DNA from: Oceanicoccus sp.
Lineage (GTDB): Bacteria > Pseudomonadota > Gammaproteobacteria > Pseudomonadales > Dasaniaceae
Assembly: GCA_051277205.1 (NCBI GenBank)
Contig: JBNMPW010000001.1
Span: forward strand, 1,405 to 65,404
Direction of reading: 5' to 3'
Length of the DNA stretch: 64,000 nt
The notes beneath the pieces are model-generated. The model saw only the letters and a program-made list of their open reading frames with translations, had not been told where the DNA came from and made no database searches. A program made the position numbers and the translations under genes. Shown piece after piece: positions 47,839 to 58,039 of this stretch; within the stretch, counting starts at the first letter, position 1; the number at the start of each line of letters is the position of its first letter.

Positions 47839-48636
47839 TTAACTAAAAAATAATTCCGCTAATTTTTCACCAGGTTGCTCAGCGCGCATAAAGGCCTCGC
47901 CCACTAAAAAGGCATTGACCCCATGCTCGCGCATCAACGCAACATCAGCTGGCGTATGGATGCTACTTTCCGTGACTACCAAGCGGTCATCGGGAACATG
48001 CGGCAGCAAATCAAAGGTCGAATTCAAACTGGTTTTAAACGTGTGTAAATTGCGGTTATTGATACCGACTAAGGTATTGCCCAAGGGCAAAGAGCGGTCG
48101 AGCTCGTCGCGATCGTGCACCTCCACCAATACATCCAAGCCCAACTCCAAGGCGACAGCATTTAGCTCCGCCATTTGTGTATCTTCAAGACAGGCCACAA
48201 TTAGCAAAATACAATCAGCACCGATAGCCCGCGCTTCAAACAGCTGATAGGGGTCAACAATAAAGTCTTTGCGGATAACTGGCAGATCACAGGCATTGCG
48301 CGCCAACTGTAAAAACGCTTCGCTACCCTGAAAAAAATCCTTATCGGTTAATACCGACAAACATGCAGCGCCACCGGCTTGATAACTTTTGGCAATCGCA
48401 GCGGGATCAAAGGGATCACGAATCACACCTTTACTCGGGCTGGCTTTTTTCGCCTCAGCAATAACTGCCGACTGCCCCGCCGCCACTTTCGCCTGCATAC
48501 TGGCAACAAAACCACGACAAGCGCTCTGTTGAGCAATGGCCTGTTCTAAAGCCGCGATTGAAGTCTGCGGTAAACGTTCAGCAATCTCTTCATGCTTGCG
48601 GTCGACAATCTTCTTTAAAATAGTTGGCGTGTTCAC
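47839..48636 (-). CDS. trpC: Indole-3-glycerol phosphate synthase
   Basis: [28 protein letters not shown]. Confidence 0.97.
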   Translation of the reverse strand: MNTPTILKKIVDRKHEEIAERLPQTSIAALEQAIAQQSACRGFVASMQAKVAAGQSAVIAEAKKASPSKGVIRDPFDPAAIAKSYQAGGAACLSVLTDKDFFQGSEAFLQLARNACDLPVIRKDFIVDPYQLFEARAIGADCILLIVACLEDTQMAELNAVALELGLDVLVEVHDRDELDRSLPLGNTLVGINNRNLHTFKTSLNSTFDLLPHVPDDRLVVTESSIHTPADVALMREHGVNAFLVGEAFMRAEQPGEKLAELFFS

Positions 48637-48689
48637 GTTATTTTCCTGTTACGTTCTTCAGTGTCGTTTTCGATAATTTTTTTCAACTT

Positions 48690-49712
48690 CTAGTCTTTAA
48701 GAGACTGACTGAAACTGACCAAGGCATTGAGCTTTTCCAAGCCTGCGCCAGATGCCAATATGGCTTGCGCCTGACTAACTCCCTGCTCAAGATTGGTCGC
48801 CAGATTCGCCGCATAAATCGCCGCACCCGCATTCAACGCTACAATATCCGCTGCTGGACCCGGCTCACCGCCAAGCAATTTTTGAATCAAGGACAAACTC
48901 TCACCAGCTCCAGCTACTTTTAATTGCGCCAAGGGACTGCGCACAATGCCAAATTTCTCAGGTGTAATTTCATACTCCGTAATGGCGCCAAATTTCAATT
49001 CGGCTACATAGGTAGTATCAGCACAACTAATCTCATCGAGACCATCGGCAGAATGCACCACCAATACATGGTTGCTGCCCAAATCTTTTAATACTTCAGC
49101 AATCGGACGAACCCAATCCCGGCTATACACCCCCAACAATTGATTGGGCGCGCCAGCCGGATTTGTTATCGGCCCCAATAAGTTAAACACCGTGCGAGTG
49201 GCCAACTCTTTACGCGGCCCAATTGCATGTTTCATCGCGCGGTGATGATTGAGCGCAAACATAAAACCCACCCCTACTTCATTTACGCAGCGCGCTACTT
49301 CATCGGCTGATAAATCTAGGCGCACACCGGCAACTTCCAACAAATCAGCGGCGCCACTGCTTGAACTCACCGACCGATTGCCATGCTTAGCCACTTGGCC
49401 ACCGGCAGCAGCCACCACAAAAGCACTGGCAGTAGAAATATTAAAAGTGCTGATACCATCACCGCCGGTACCAACGATATCCACGATATTATCGCCATCG
49501 ACTTTAACGCCGGTAGCTAACTCGCGCATCACACTCGCGGCGCCGGTAATTTCATCGACCGTTTCACCTTTCATTCGCAATGCCACTAAAAAACCCGCGA
49601 TTTGTGCATCGCTGCATTCACCCGTCATTATCTGACCCATAACCGCAATCATTTGCTCGGTATCAAGTGAGCGACCTTCGATAACTTCAGCAATTGCTGA
49701 TTGAATATTCAT
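48690..49712 (-). CDS. trpD: Anthranilate phosphoribosyltransferase
   Basis: DIVGTGGDG, FNIST, KHGNRSVSS, DGLDE. Confidence 0.97.
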   Translation of the reverse strand: MNIQSAIAEVIEGRSLDTEQMIAVMGQIMTGECSDAQIAGFLVALRMKGETVDEITGAASVMRELATGVKVDGDNIVDIVGTGGDGISTFNISTASAFVVAAAGGQVAKHGNRSVSSSSGAADLLEVAGVRLDLSADEVARCVNEVGVGFMFALNHHRAMKHAIGPRKELATRTVFNLLGPITNPAGAPNQLLGVYSRDWVRPIAEVLKDLGSNHVLVVHSADGLDEISCADTTYVAELKFGAITEYEITPEKFGIVRSPLAQLKVAGAGESLSLIQKLLGGEPGPAADIVALNAGAAIYAANLATNLEQGVSQAQAILASGAGLEKLNALVSFSQSLKD

Positions 49713-49724
49713 TGCTTGTTCCGC

Positions 49725-50303
49725 CTAACTGTCTAAAAAGTTTTTTAATAAATCATGCCCATGCTCACTCAAAATCGACTCAGGATGAAATTGCACGCCT
49801 TCTACCGCTAAGGTTTTATGGCGCACGCCCATAATCTCATCAACCTCTCCGTCTTCGGTTACGGTCCATGCAATGATCTCTAAACAATCCGGCAAGGATT
49901 CTTTTTCAATCACTAAAGAATGATAACGAGTGGCCTCAAAGGGATTACCCAAGCCACTGAATACACCTTCATTGCGGTGATGAATAGGGGAGGTTTTACC
50001 GTGCATAACTCGCCTTGCCCGCACTATCTTGCCACCAAACACCTGCCCAATACTTTGGTGCCCAAGGCAAACCCCTAACAAAGGGATCTGACCAGAAAAC
50101 CTTTTGATGACCGCCATCGAAACCCCCGCTTCTTTGGGGGTACGGGGGCCGGGAGAAATAACTATTCTCTCAGGCTTTAAGGCTGCGATATCAGCGACAG
50201 TCATTTCATCATTGCGGACAACCTTAACGTCAGCCCCCAACTCACAGAAGTACTGCACCACGTTGTAGGTAAAGGAGTCATAATTGTCGATCATCAGCAG
50301 CAT
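49725..50303 (-). CDS. trpG: Glutamine amidotransferase TrpG/PabA (native copy)
   Basis: [32 protein letters not shown]; heads trpGDC. Confidence 0.92.
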   Translation of the reverse strand: MLLMIDNYDSFTYNVVQYFCELGADVKVVRNDEMTVADIAALKPERIVISPGPRTPKEAGVSMAVIKRFSGQIPLLGVCLGHQSIGQVFGGKIVRARRVMHGKTSPIHHRNEGVFSGLGNPFEATRYHSLVIEKESLPDCLEIIAWTVTEDGEVDEIMGVRHKTLAVEGVQFHPESILSEHGHDLLKNFLDS

Positions 50304-50461
50304 GGTTTACCAGGATATGGGTTACTGGGCTCTTTATTTAACCGCTATAAAGCTGGTTAGCGGAAAAAGTCGTGAACGGCGATTGTACGCAAGCCGCAAA
50401 TAGAATACATCCCACATCGTTACGATATGGTGAGTGTTTGTCATCAATTTCTAACAAGCTA

Positions 50462-50498
50462 TTGACCTTCACTCGATCTGTGATAGTGTACTAGTACA
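50462..50498 (+). promoter_or_regulatory. sigma70 promoter overlapped by a TrpR-type operator
   Basis: TTGACC (50462-67), TGnTAGTGT (50481-89), perfect palindrome TGTACTAGTACA (50487-98) ending on the A of the trpR ATG. Confidence 0.75.
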
Positions 50499-50770
50499 TG
50501 AATACAAAAAGCAACTCCTATAACCCCGAATTGACCGAGTATAAACGCGAACTAATACAGCACCTACTGGCGGCGGCTGATGCCGACAGCCTGGAGCGAC
50601 GACTCGGTGAATTGCTAACGCCTTCTGAATTCACGGAGGTCAGCAAGCGCCTGCAAATCTTTAAACTGCTGGAGGCTGGTGTACCACAGCGACAAATCGC
50701 TGAGCAATTGGGCGTCGGTATTGCTACCGTGACCCGAGGCTCAAGAGCACTTAAAGAACATTCGTCCTGA
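50498..50770 (+). CDS. trpR: Trp repressor family protein
   Basis: LLTPSEFTEVSKRLQI...PQRQIAEQLGVGIATVTRGSRALK. Confidence 0.9.
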   Translation: MNTKSNSYNPELTEYKRELIQHLLAAADADSLERRLGELLTPSEFTEVSKRLQIFKLLEAGVPQRQIAEQLGVGIATVTRGSRALKEHSS

Positions 50771-50788
50771 AATAACGAAGCAAAGATT

Positions 50789-52177
50789 ATGACTAAACGA
50801 CCCGCCCCCATTGTACTGCCAAGAAAGCCGCACTACGTCACCATTAGCGATGACGTCAATTTTTTTGGTCTGTTCAAAAAAATTGAGCGCCGCAATAAAC
50901 ACTGCTTTTACCTAGAGTCGCTCGGTGAAGATAGCCATATGGCCCGCCATTCAATTATCGGTTTTGACCCAGAACTATTGTTATACGCTAACGGAAATTC
51001 TCTGACTATCGAAAACCGAGACGGCAGCAGCGACGAGTATAAAAGCGACAACCCCTACCAACTGCTGCGCGAAATCATACCGCAAAATATTCTTTCGCGA
51101 AAATATGCCGGCGGGCTAACCGGCTACCTCGGTTACGATGCGATGAATTATTTTGAGCCCACCCTGCAAGTTCAAGATAGCGAACTGTTCGACACCTTCC
51201 GTTTCGGGCTTTTCAAGGACGGGCTAATTCTCGACAAAATGACCGGCGAGCTGATCTATTTTTACTACAACGATAGTCGCCTTGATCAGATTAAAGTGCT
51301 GTTAGAAGAAGACGATGTCGTCAATGGCGAACTGAAGATAACTCCCATGGGTCAGACGATGAGCCGGGAAGATCATCGAGCAGCGGTATTAAAAGTCAAA
51401 CAGGATATTATCGACGGCAAAATATTTCAGACCGAAGTTGGCTTCAAAAAACGCTACAAGCTTGAAGGCGATACCATTAATATCTATGAGCAAATGCGAG
51501 AAGTAAATCCTTCCCCGCAAATGTACTATGTCAAGTTCGATCAGCAAAAATTGATTGGCGCCAGCCCCGAATTATTGTTTCGACTACGCCAAGGTGAAAT
51601 GGAAACCTTCCCATTAGCCGGCACCGCCAAGCGAGGAGCAGATGCCAAAGAAGATACCGCTTTGGCCCGCGAGCTATTGAACGACCCCAAAGAAATTGCC
51701 GAGCACAATATGATTGTCGATCTGCACCGCAATGACATTGGCCGCGTAGCGCAGTTTGGCACAGTAAAAGTACGCAACCTGATGGATATCAAACGCTTCA
51801 GTCACGTGCAGCATATCTCCAGCGAGATCGTCGGCATTATCGCCGAAGGCGAAGATATGTTTTCATCCCTGGCCAGTAATTTTCCCGCTGGCACATTAAC
51901 TGGCGCGCCAAAAATTGAATCAATGAAAGTTATCAACGACCTAGAAAGCGATGGCCGCGGTCCCTATGGTGGCGCAGTAGGTCACTTCTCATTCAACGGC
52001 GACTGTACCTTTGCTATCCCTATCCGCACGGTATTTGCTAGCGGCGAAGAGGCTTATGTACAAACCTGTGGCGGCAACGTTTATGACTCGAACCCAGAAG
52101 ACGAATACGAAGAGATCGTCCGCAAGTTCGCTGGCACCAAAAAGGTGCTGGATAAATTTATCGTCGCTGACGCTTAG
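50789..52177 (+). CDS. trpE: Anthranilate synthase component I (atypical, probably xenologous)
   Basis: YLES, NPSP, GASPE, PLAGT, KEIAEHNMIVDLHRND, FPAGTLTGAPK; follows trpR. Confidence 0.88.
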   Translation: MTKRPAPIVLPRKPHYVTISDDVNFFGLFKKIERRNKHCFYLESLGEDSHMARHSIIGFDPELLLYANGNSLTIENRDGSSDEYKSDNPYQLLREIIPQNILSRKYAGGLTGYLGYDAMNYFEPTLQVQDSELFDTFRFGLFKDGLILDKMTGELIYFYYNDSRLDQIKVLLEEDDVVNGELKITPMGQTMSREDHRAAVLKVKQDIIDGKIFQTEVGFKKRYKLEGDTINIYEQMREVNPSPQMYYVKFDQQKLIGASPELLFRLRQGEMETFPLAGTAKRGADAKEDTALARELLNDPKEIAEHNMIVDLHRNDIGRVAQFGTVKVRNLMDIKRFSHVQHISSEIVGIIAEGEDMFSSLASNFPAGTLTGAPKIESMKVINDLESDGRGPYGGAVGHFSFNGDCTFAIPIRTVFASGEEAYVQTCGGNVYDSNPEDEYEEIVRKFAGTKKVLDKFIVADA

Positions 52178-52185
52178 GAGCCATA

Positions 52186-52845
52186 ATGAATATTTATATT
52201 ATCGATAATTACGACTCCTTCACCTATAACCTGTACCAGTTTATTGGCGAGATACTGACCGCCAGCCAAAACCAAGGCGTCATTGATAACTTCTCAATAA
52301 CCGTTAAACGCAATGACGAAGTCACGCTAGAGGATATCCGCAAAGCCAAGCCTGATCGCATCATTATTTCACCGGGGCCAGGGTCACCAGAAGATGCAAA
52401 CTATTTTGGTGTCTGTGCTGAGGTGATTCGTGAGTTAGGAAAAACCATACCGCTACTGGGCGTTTGTCTAGGCATGCAAGGCATCGCCCATGTCTTTGGT
52501 GGCAAGGTGGTTAAAGCTTCACTGCCGATGCATGGTAAAATCAGCCCCATCAGCCACACCGGCGAGGGTATGTTTAACGATATACCCGGTCAATTAGAAG
52601 TGATGCGCTACCACTCATTGATGGCTGAACCCGCGAGCTTTCCCGACTGCCTGACGCTAACCGCCGTGGTGGGCGACTTTCCCGTAACAGATTTTACTGA
52701 TCTGGAAAAAATTCGGGCAGGTGGTGAGTTTGAGATCATGGGTATCCAGCACCGAGACTACCCAATCTATGGCATTCAGTTTCATCCGGAATCTTTTGCC
52801 ACAGAGGGTGGAAAGGAGTTAATCTGTAATTTTTTGTTTTTGTAA
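52186..52845 (+). CDS. trpG: Anthranilate synthase component II (second copy)
   Basis: [34 protein letters not shown]; AGGAG SD. Confidence 0.88.
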   Translation: MNIYIIDNYDSFTYNLYQFIGEILTASQNQGVIDNFSITVKRNDEVTLEDIRKAKPDRIIISPGPGSPEDANYFGVCAEVIRELGKTIPLLGVCLGMQGIAHVFGGKVVKASLPMHGKISPISHTGEGMFNDIPGQLEVMRYHSLMAEPASFPDCLTLTAVVGDFPVTDFTDLEKIRAGGEFEIMGIQHRDYPIYGIQFHPESFATEGGKELICNFLFL

Positions 52846-52849
52846 AAAA

Positions 52850-52928
52850 GTGTTATTTATCGCATCAAGTAGCTGTCATCTGTGCTTGCGTTAAATGGGT
52901 GTAGCTCCCCAATACTTATAAATAACAC
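52850..52928. repeat. Imperfect 79-bp inverted repeat
   Basis: GTGTTATTTAT (52850-60) and ATAAATAACAC (52918-28), with weaker inner pairing. Confidence 0.45.
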
Positions 52929-53225
52929 CGACTTCCTCCGATATAATTAAGCGTGGGTGCTACCTGACTCGAGAAAGACTTAAATTTCATTTAGCTATAG
53001 CGTGCTTAAAAAATGAGCAGGCCGGTATTTAAACTACTGTGATTAATTTCTATACTCTGGATAAGTAAACTAGTCCGAAACTTATTTTTTATGGGTCCAT
53101 TTCATCCTATCAATACGTATAACTCCAGTAGCCCTAACTTTATGTATACCCGTATTGCCTTAGCCCGACAGATAAGTGTCGGCGGCATTTTTGGAAGGCC
53201 TTGTTAAATATTATAGGTGAACCCC

Positions 53226-53504
53226 ATGAGTAAAATTCTGGCAGTATTACCTGAAGACTTGTCATCGGCTGATATCTCTCGCGTTATTGAAATGGCATGG
53301 GAAGATAGGACACCCTTCGAGGCAATAGAAACACTTTATACAATCAATGAGTCGATGGTGATTCAGCTGATGCGTCATCACTTAAAGTCGCGATCATTTA
53401 AGGTCTGGCGTGAGCGTGTCACCGGCAGAAAAACAAAGCATATGACGCGACGCTCTTCTGAGGTTTCACGCGGTTATTGCCCGACACAATACAAACAACG
53501 TTAA
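53226..53504 (+). CDS. TIGR03643-family small protein
   Basis: SRVIEMAWEDRTPFEAI...SFKVWRERVTGRKTKH. Confidence 0.85.
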   Translation: MSKILAVLPEDLSSADISRVIEMAWEDRTPFEAIETLYTINESMVIQLMRHHLKSRSFKVWRERVTGRKTKHMTRRSSEVSRGYCPTQYKQR

Positions 53505-53516
53505 TGGCCTATAAAA

Positions 53517-53666
53517 ATGGCTCATAAAAAACTCCATTTGCCGATTAAAATATGTATTTGTTGTGGCTTATCATTTAACTGGCGCAAGCGTTGGGAGAAA
53601 AACTGGGATTCAGTCAAGTATTGTTCACAGCGATGTCGCCGATCTAAACATAGCCAACAGGTATGA
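53517..53666 (+). CDS. DUF2256-family small Cys-rich protein (49 aa; not in ORF track)
   Basis: [49 protein letters not shown]; ATGA overlap with the photolyase gene. Confidence 0.85.
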   Translation: MAHKKLHLPIKICICCGLSFNWRKRWEKNWDSVKYCSQRCRRSKHSQQV

Positions 53667-55237
53667 AGGTGAATAAATCCTATAAAACGTTACGCCTTAT
53701 TTTAGGCGACCAACTCAATGCAGGTCATCATTGGTATCAGCAAAAAGATGACTCAATTTTATATCTTATCGCGGAGCTTAAACAAGAAGCGACTTATACA
53801 AAGCATCACATTCAAAAGCTCTGTGCTTTTTTTAGCGCTATGCAGCAGTTTGCGCAAGCTTTGCAGAAAACTGGTCATAAGGTTCTACATCTTAGTTTAG
53901 ATAACACGGTTGAGTTTTTAGATTTATCTGCCTTAATCCAACATCTTTGCGAAACACATAAGATTGAGTCATTTGAGTATCAACGACCTGATGAATATCG
54001 TCTGCTCGAGCAAATGCGAACACTAAAACTGCATGCTACTGACACCACATTGATTCCAATAAATGAACACGATACTGAACATTTTTTAGTAAACTTTGAA
54101 GATCTAGGACAATATTTTACTAAAGACAAACATCATAAAATGGAGTTTTTCTATCGAAAAATGCGGCAACGCTTTGATGTACTAATGGAAGAAGGCAAGC
54201 CTTTAGGCGATCAGTGGAATTACGATGGCGACAATAGAAATAAGCTCAAGCCTCAAGATATAGCTCAGATCCCTCAACCCTTAATGTTCCGTCGTGATGT
54301 CAGCGCTATTATAAAGCGTATTAATCGACATAAAATTAAACATTTTGGAGAAGCAACGCAGCATTTATTATGGCCAACTAACCGTAAGGAGTCATTGCAA
54401 TTACTTACCTTTTTTTGCGAACAGTGCTTAACAAACTTTGGTCACTTTCAAGATGCTATGACTGCCAACAGTCCACACCAATGGAGTTTATATCATTCGC
54501 GCTTGTCCTTTGCTTTAAACAGTAAAATGTTACATCCGTTGCAAGTCATCAATGAGGCAACAAGCTACTTTGAGCGTTCAAAAGGAGGCGTTAGTTTAGC
54601 CCAGATAGAAGGTTTTATTCGACAGATACTCGGCTGGAGAGAATATATTCGCGGGGTATATTGGGTCAATATGCCAGCTTACAAAAACATGAACTACTTT
54701 GACAACCAACAAACATTACCTGCCTATTTTTGGACCGGCGACACCAAGATGAACTGCATGAAACAATCGATCAAACAGTCATTGAGCTATGCCTATGCCC
54801 ATCATATACAGCGTTTAATGGTGACGGGGAACTTTTGTTTGTTAACGGGCATTCATCCCGATGAAGTAGATGAATGGTACTTAGGTATATACATTGATGC
54901 GCTTGAATGGGTAGAAATGCCAAATACTCGTGGTATGAGTCAATTTGCTGATGGTGGGATAGTCGCCACAAAACCTTATAGCGCTGGCGGTAATTACATT
55001 AATAAAATGAGTGATTACTGTAAAACATGCCACTACCAGATAAAAGAAAAAACGAGCGAAAATTCTTGTCCGTTTAACAGCTTATATTGGGGCTTCATGG
55101 TTCGTCAGAGATCACATTTTGAAAAAAACCCTCGTATTGGTATGGTATATCATCAATGGGATAAAAAAGAACCGTCAGCGCAATTAGCAGTACTTGATAG
55201 AGCTGCGTGGTGTATTGAACATATTGAAGAATTGTAA
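53663..55237 (+). CDS. FeS-BCP cryptochrome/(6-4) photolyase (PhrB/CryB type)
   Basis: [37 protein letters not shown], and 4Fe-4S cysteines MNC / MSDYCKTC / CPF. Confidence 0.92.
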   Translation: MKVNKSYKTLRLILGDQLNAGHHWYQQKDDSILYLIAELKQEATYTKHHIQKLCAFFSAMQQFAQALQKTGHKVLHLSLDNTVEFLDLSALIQHLCETHKIESFEYQRPDEYRLLEQMRTLKLHATDTTLIPINEHDTEHFLVNFEDLGQYFTKDKHHKMEFFYRKMRQRFDVLMEEGKPLGDQWNYDGDNRNKLKPQDIAQIPQPLMFRRDVSAIIKRINRHKIKHFGEATQHLLWPTNRKESLQLLTFFCEQCLTNFGHFQDAMTANSPHQWSLYHSRLSFALNSKMLHPLQVINEATSYFERSKGGVSLAQIEGFIRQILGWREYIRGVYWVNMPAYKNMNYFDNQQTLPAYFWTGDTKMNCMKQSIKQSLSYAYAHHIQRLMVTGNFCLLTGIHPDEVDEWYLGIYIDALEWVEMPNTRGMSQFADGGIVATKPYSAGGNYINKMSDYCKTCHYQIKEKTSENSCPFNSLYWGFMVRQRSHFEKNPRIGMVYHQWDKKEPSAQLAVLDRAAWCIEHIEEL

Positions 55238-55480
55238 TCAGTTGACGCTTTATCTCAACCACGAATCAGCAAGATAGTTACCACTTCAAATTATCTATTT
55301 ATACTACTACTTATTTCTACATAAAGGAAAAATCAATAAACAGACATTCATGATTTACTGTAAAAATATAGGGAGCGTTAAGGCTGCGGAGGGAATAAAA
55401 ACAAGCCGTGATTTTCACTTTTTTAATGGGTTAAGCTTTAAACCTTATGTTCGACTTTTTTTGTGCTGAGATTTACGAGC

Positions 55481-56347
55481 TTAGAGCAATCGCTGCATCT
55501 GTTCGTCCAAAGAGATAGGCTCCCGGCCCGTCGCAGCTAGGTAGTCTGACGCGACATCGAAAACATTGTTCTCGATACATTGAAAACAACCTGCCAGCAT
55601 ATTAATGAGGTCTTCACCACGATTGGCGATAAACGGTATCCCGCGTAGCCGTTGCAGGTTTGCCTCGAAACTGATTGGCTGGTATTGAATCTGCATACCA
55701 AATGTTCGGTTAACGGCCTCCACTAGTTCGCTTTGTTTGTAGCATGGGCCGATTATATTCAAAACCTGTTGGCTACAGTTGTCGTTTAGGGCGAGTGCAG
55801 CATAGGCATGAGCTGCCTCAAGGATCGACATGTAGCCGCAACGGCCCTCATGTCCGCTATTCTGATATTTACCTGATTCAGCCGCAGCTCGGATCTGCGC
55901 AACATCAAGGTCGAGGTATAAGCCGTTTCTAGCTATAACCCATTGCAGACCGCTGTCTTTTATACACGTTTCAGTTTGTGCGTTAATGTTAGCAAAATCA
56001 GCATAGAGCGTGCCGCTTTCTAATCCATTGCTAATCACGCTGGTATAAATCAGTTTACGAACCTTGGCGTTAACGGCTGCTGCAATGACATTTTTATGCA
56101 TTTGCAGACGATCACCACCACTGGCGACAGGTGCCGATATCATAATCAGTGTATCGAGGCCCTGAAGCGCTTCTGCAAGCTGCGCAGGCGATTGATAGTC
56201 GGCACATCGCGTTTCTATATTTGCTATACGCAGCTTTGTAGGATCACGCACAATAGCGACCACATTCTCGGGGCCGGCTGTGGCCACAAGTTCAGAGAGT
56301 ATGGCGTGTCCCAATCGTCCTGAAGCTGCACTTATTGCTATTTTCAT
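55481..56347 (-). CDS. NmrA-like NAD(P)H-binding oxidoreductase
   Basis: IAISAASGRLG, VRDP, ADY, IYTS, RNGLY. Confidence 0.82.
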   Translation of the reverse strand: MKIAISAASGRLGHAILSELVATAGPENVVAIVRDPTKLRIANIETRCADYQSPAQLAEALQGLDTLIMISAPVASGGDRLQMHKNVIAAAVNAKVRKLIYTSVISNGLESGTLYADFANINAQTETCIKDSGLQWVIARNGLYLDLDVAQIRAAAESGKYQNSGHEGRCGYMSILEAAHAYAALALNDNCSQQVLNIIGPCYKQSELVEAVNRTFGMQIQYQPISFEANLQRLRGIPFIANRGEDLINMLAGCFQCIENNVFDVASDYLAATGREPISLDEQMQRLL

Positions 56348-56487
56348 TAACGTCAATTCCTGTTTTGGCCGACACTATAGGTTTGGTGGCGACGCGTTTG
56401 ATATTTGTGCTTAGTCGCATGTATTTCTAATATCACCATTCATCACCGGCACCTTTTATAACTCAAGTTTGCGGCCAGTCGAATTAC

Positions 56488-57180
56488 TTACAGCAACTCC
56501 ATAAAACTGCCGATCACCGCATCCGGTGCCGCCAATTCAATCGCTTCACCATGATTGTAACCGTAATTTACCGCAACAACAGGCATGGCTGCAGCACGGG
56601 CCGCCGCCACATCATGGCGAGAATCACCGATCATTAAGCATTGCTCTGGACGAAGCCCCATTTGCTGGCAGCATTGCAATAGCATTTGCGGGTGCGGTTT
56701 TTTATTGGCGACACAATCACCCCCTAGCAATACCGAAAAATAATCGGCAATCGCCATCTGCTTTAGTAATGGAGGGACAAAATCCAGCGGCTTGTTGGTG
56801 ACCACCGCCATCGGCATCGCTTGTTGCCGCCATTGGCGAAGGGCCGATTCAACTCCGGCATAAAGACGCGTTTGCTGACCGTTGACTCGCTGATAACAAA
56901 CCAAGAACTGTGTCAGCGCCTGTTGAAGTTCATCGTCGCTCAAGCTGGCCTCAGCCACTGACTTGCTGAAAGCCAACGCTCGCTGCACCAGCATGGCGGA
57001 ACCATTACCGACCCACTGCCTCACCATCACCTCACCCACGGTTGCTAACTGCCGCTGGGCTAACATCGCATCGGTGGCTGCCGCTAAATCCGGCACGCTG
57101 TCCAGCAAGGTGCCGTCGAGATCAAACAACAGCGCAGCGGGCGGTTGGTCGGCGGGAAAGAGATCTAAAAATGCAGGCAT
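56488..57180 (-). CDS. gph: Phosphoglycolate phosphatase
   Basis: FDLDGTLLDSVPDL, VTNKP, KPHP, IGDSRHD; downstream of rpe. Confidence 0.93.
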   Translation of the reverse strand: MPAFLDLFPADQPPAALLFDLDGTLLDSVPDLAAATDAMLAQRQLATVGEVMVRQWVGNGSAMLVQRALAFSKSVAEASLSDDELQQALTQFLVCYQRVNGQQTRLYAGVESALRQWRQQAMPMAVVTNKPLDFVPPLLKQMAIADYFSVLLGGDCVANKKPHPQMLLQCCQQMGLRPEQCLMIGDSRHDVAAARAAAMPVVAVNYGYNHGEAIELAAPDAVIGSFMELL

Positions 57181-57221
57181 TGAATAATCTATAACGGCGT
57201 TGGCAGCTAGCCTTTGACCAA

Positions 57222-57896
57222 TTATCCTTTGACCAATGCCAGCTGTTCACGCATTGCTGCAATAGCATCGCCGTAATCAGGTTTGTTATAAATGGCGGAA
57301 CCTGCAACAAAAGTATCGGCACCTGCTTCGGCGATTTCACGAATGTTGTCTACAGTGACACCGCCATCAACTTCGAGACGAATATCATAACCACTGGCAT
57401 CGATCAGCTGACGCACTTCGCGCAGCTTGTCTAATGTGGCAGGGATAAATTTCTGACCGCCGAAGCCTGGATTAACCGACATCAGCAGAATCATATCCAA
57501 CTTATCCATTACATATTTCAAGGGCTCAACACCCATCGCTGGATTTAATACCAAACCGGCTTTACAGCCGGCTTCGCGAATCATCGACAAAGAGCGATCA
57601 ACATGGGTACTGGCATCGGGATGAAAGGTAATATAACTGGCACCGGCGGCGGCAAAATCAGCAATCAACCCATCTACTGGGCTGACCATCAAATGCACAT
57701 CTATCGGTGCGGTAACACCGTGGTTACGTAGCGCTTTACAGACCATAGGGCCAATTGTTAGGTTGGGCACATAGTGATTATCCATGACATCAAAATGCAC
57801 CACGTCAGCGCCGGCGGCCAATACCGCATCCACCTCTTCACCAAGGCGGGCAAAGTCTGCCGATAATATAGAGGGTGCAATAATGTAGTCGCTCAT
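57222..57896 (-). CDS. rpe: Ribulose-phosphate 3-epimerase
   Basis: [37 protein letters not shown]. Confidence 0.97.
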   Translation of the reverse strand: MSDYIIAPSILSADFARLGEEVDAVLAAGADVVHFDVMDNHYVPNLTIGPMVCKALRNHGVTAPIDVHLMVSPVDGLIADFAAAGASYITFHPDASTHVDRSLSMIREAGCKAGLVLNPAMGVEPLKYVMDKLDMILLMSVNPGFGGQKFIPATLDKLREVRQLIDASGYDIRLEVDGGVTVDNIREIAEAGADTFVAGSAIYNKPDYGDAIAAMREQLALVKG

Positions 57897-58039
57897 AAGT
57901 GGTTCCTGGTTATTAAGCCTGTTGGACAAGCGCTGTATTCTACTGACTAATGTAGAAACAAAAATGCTGCCAAAGTAGTATCATAAAAAAGTGCCGCTAT
58001 TCTACTGAAAAGGCGCCGCCAAATCAGTAACTGCCAGCG

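Noticed and set aside
50789-52177. PabB or other chorismate-binding enzyme instead of TrpE
   Set aside because: Has PLAGT (Ala) rather than the PabB PIKGT, and is coupled to trpR and its operator.
52850-52928. Integron attC site
   Set aside because: Core orientation is GTT...AAC, the reverse of RYYYAAC...GTTRRRY, and no integrase is present.
53093-53122. RpoE/ChrR-type promoter (GGGTCC-N16-ACGTAT) before the photolyase cassette
   Set aside because: The -35 matches TGATCC at only 4 of 6 positions; too weak without comparative data.
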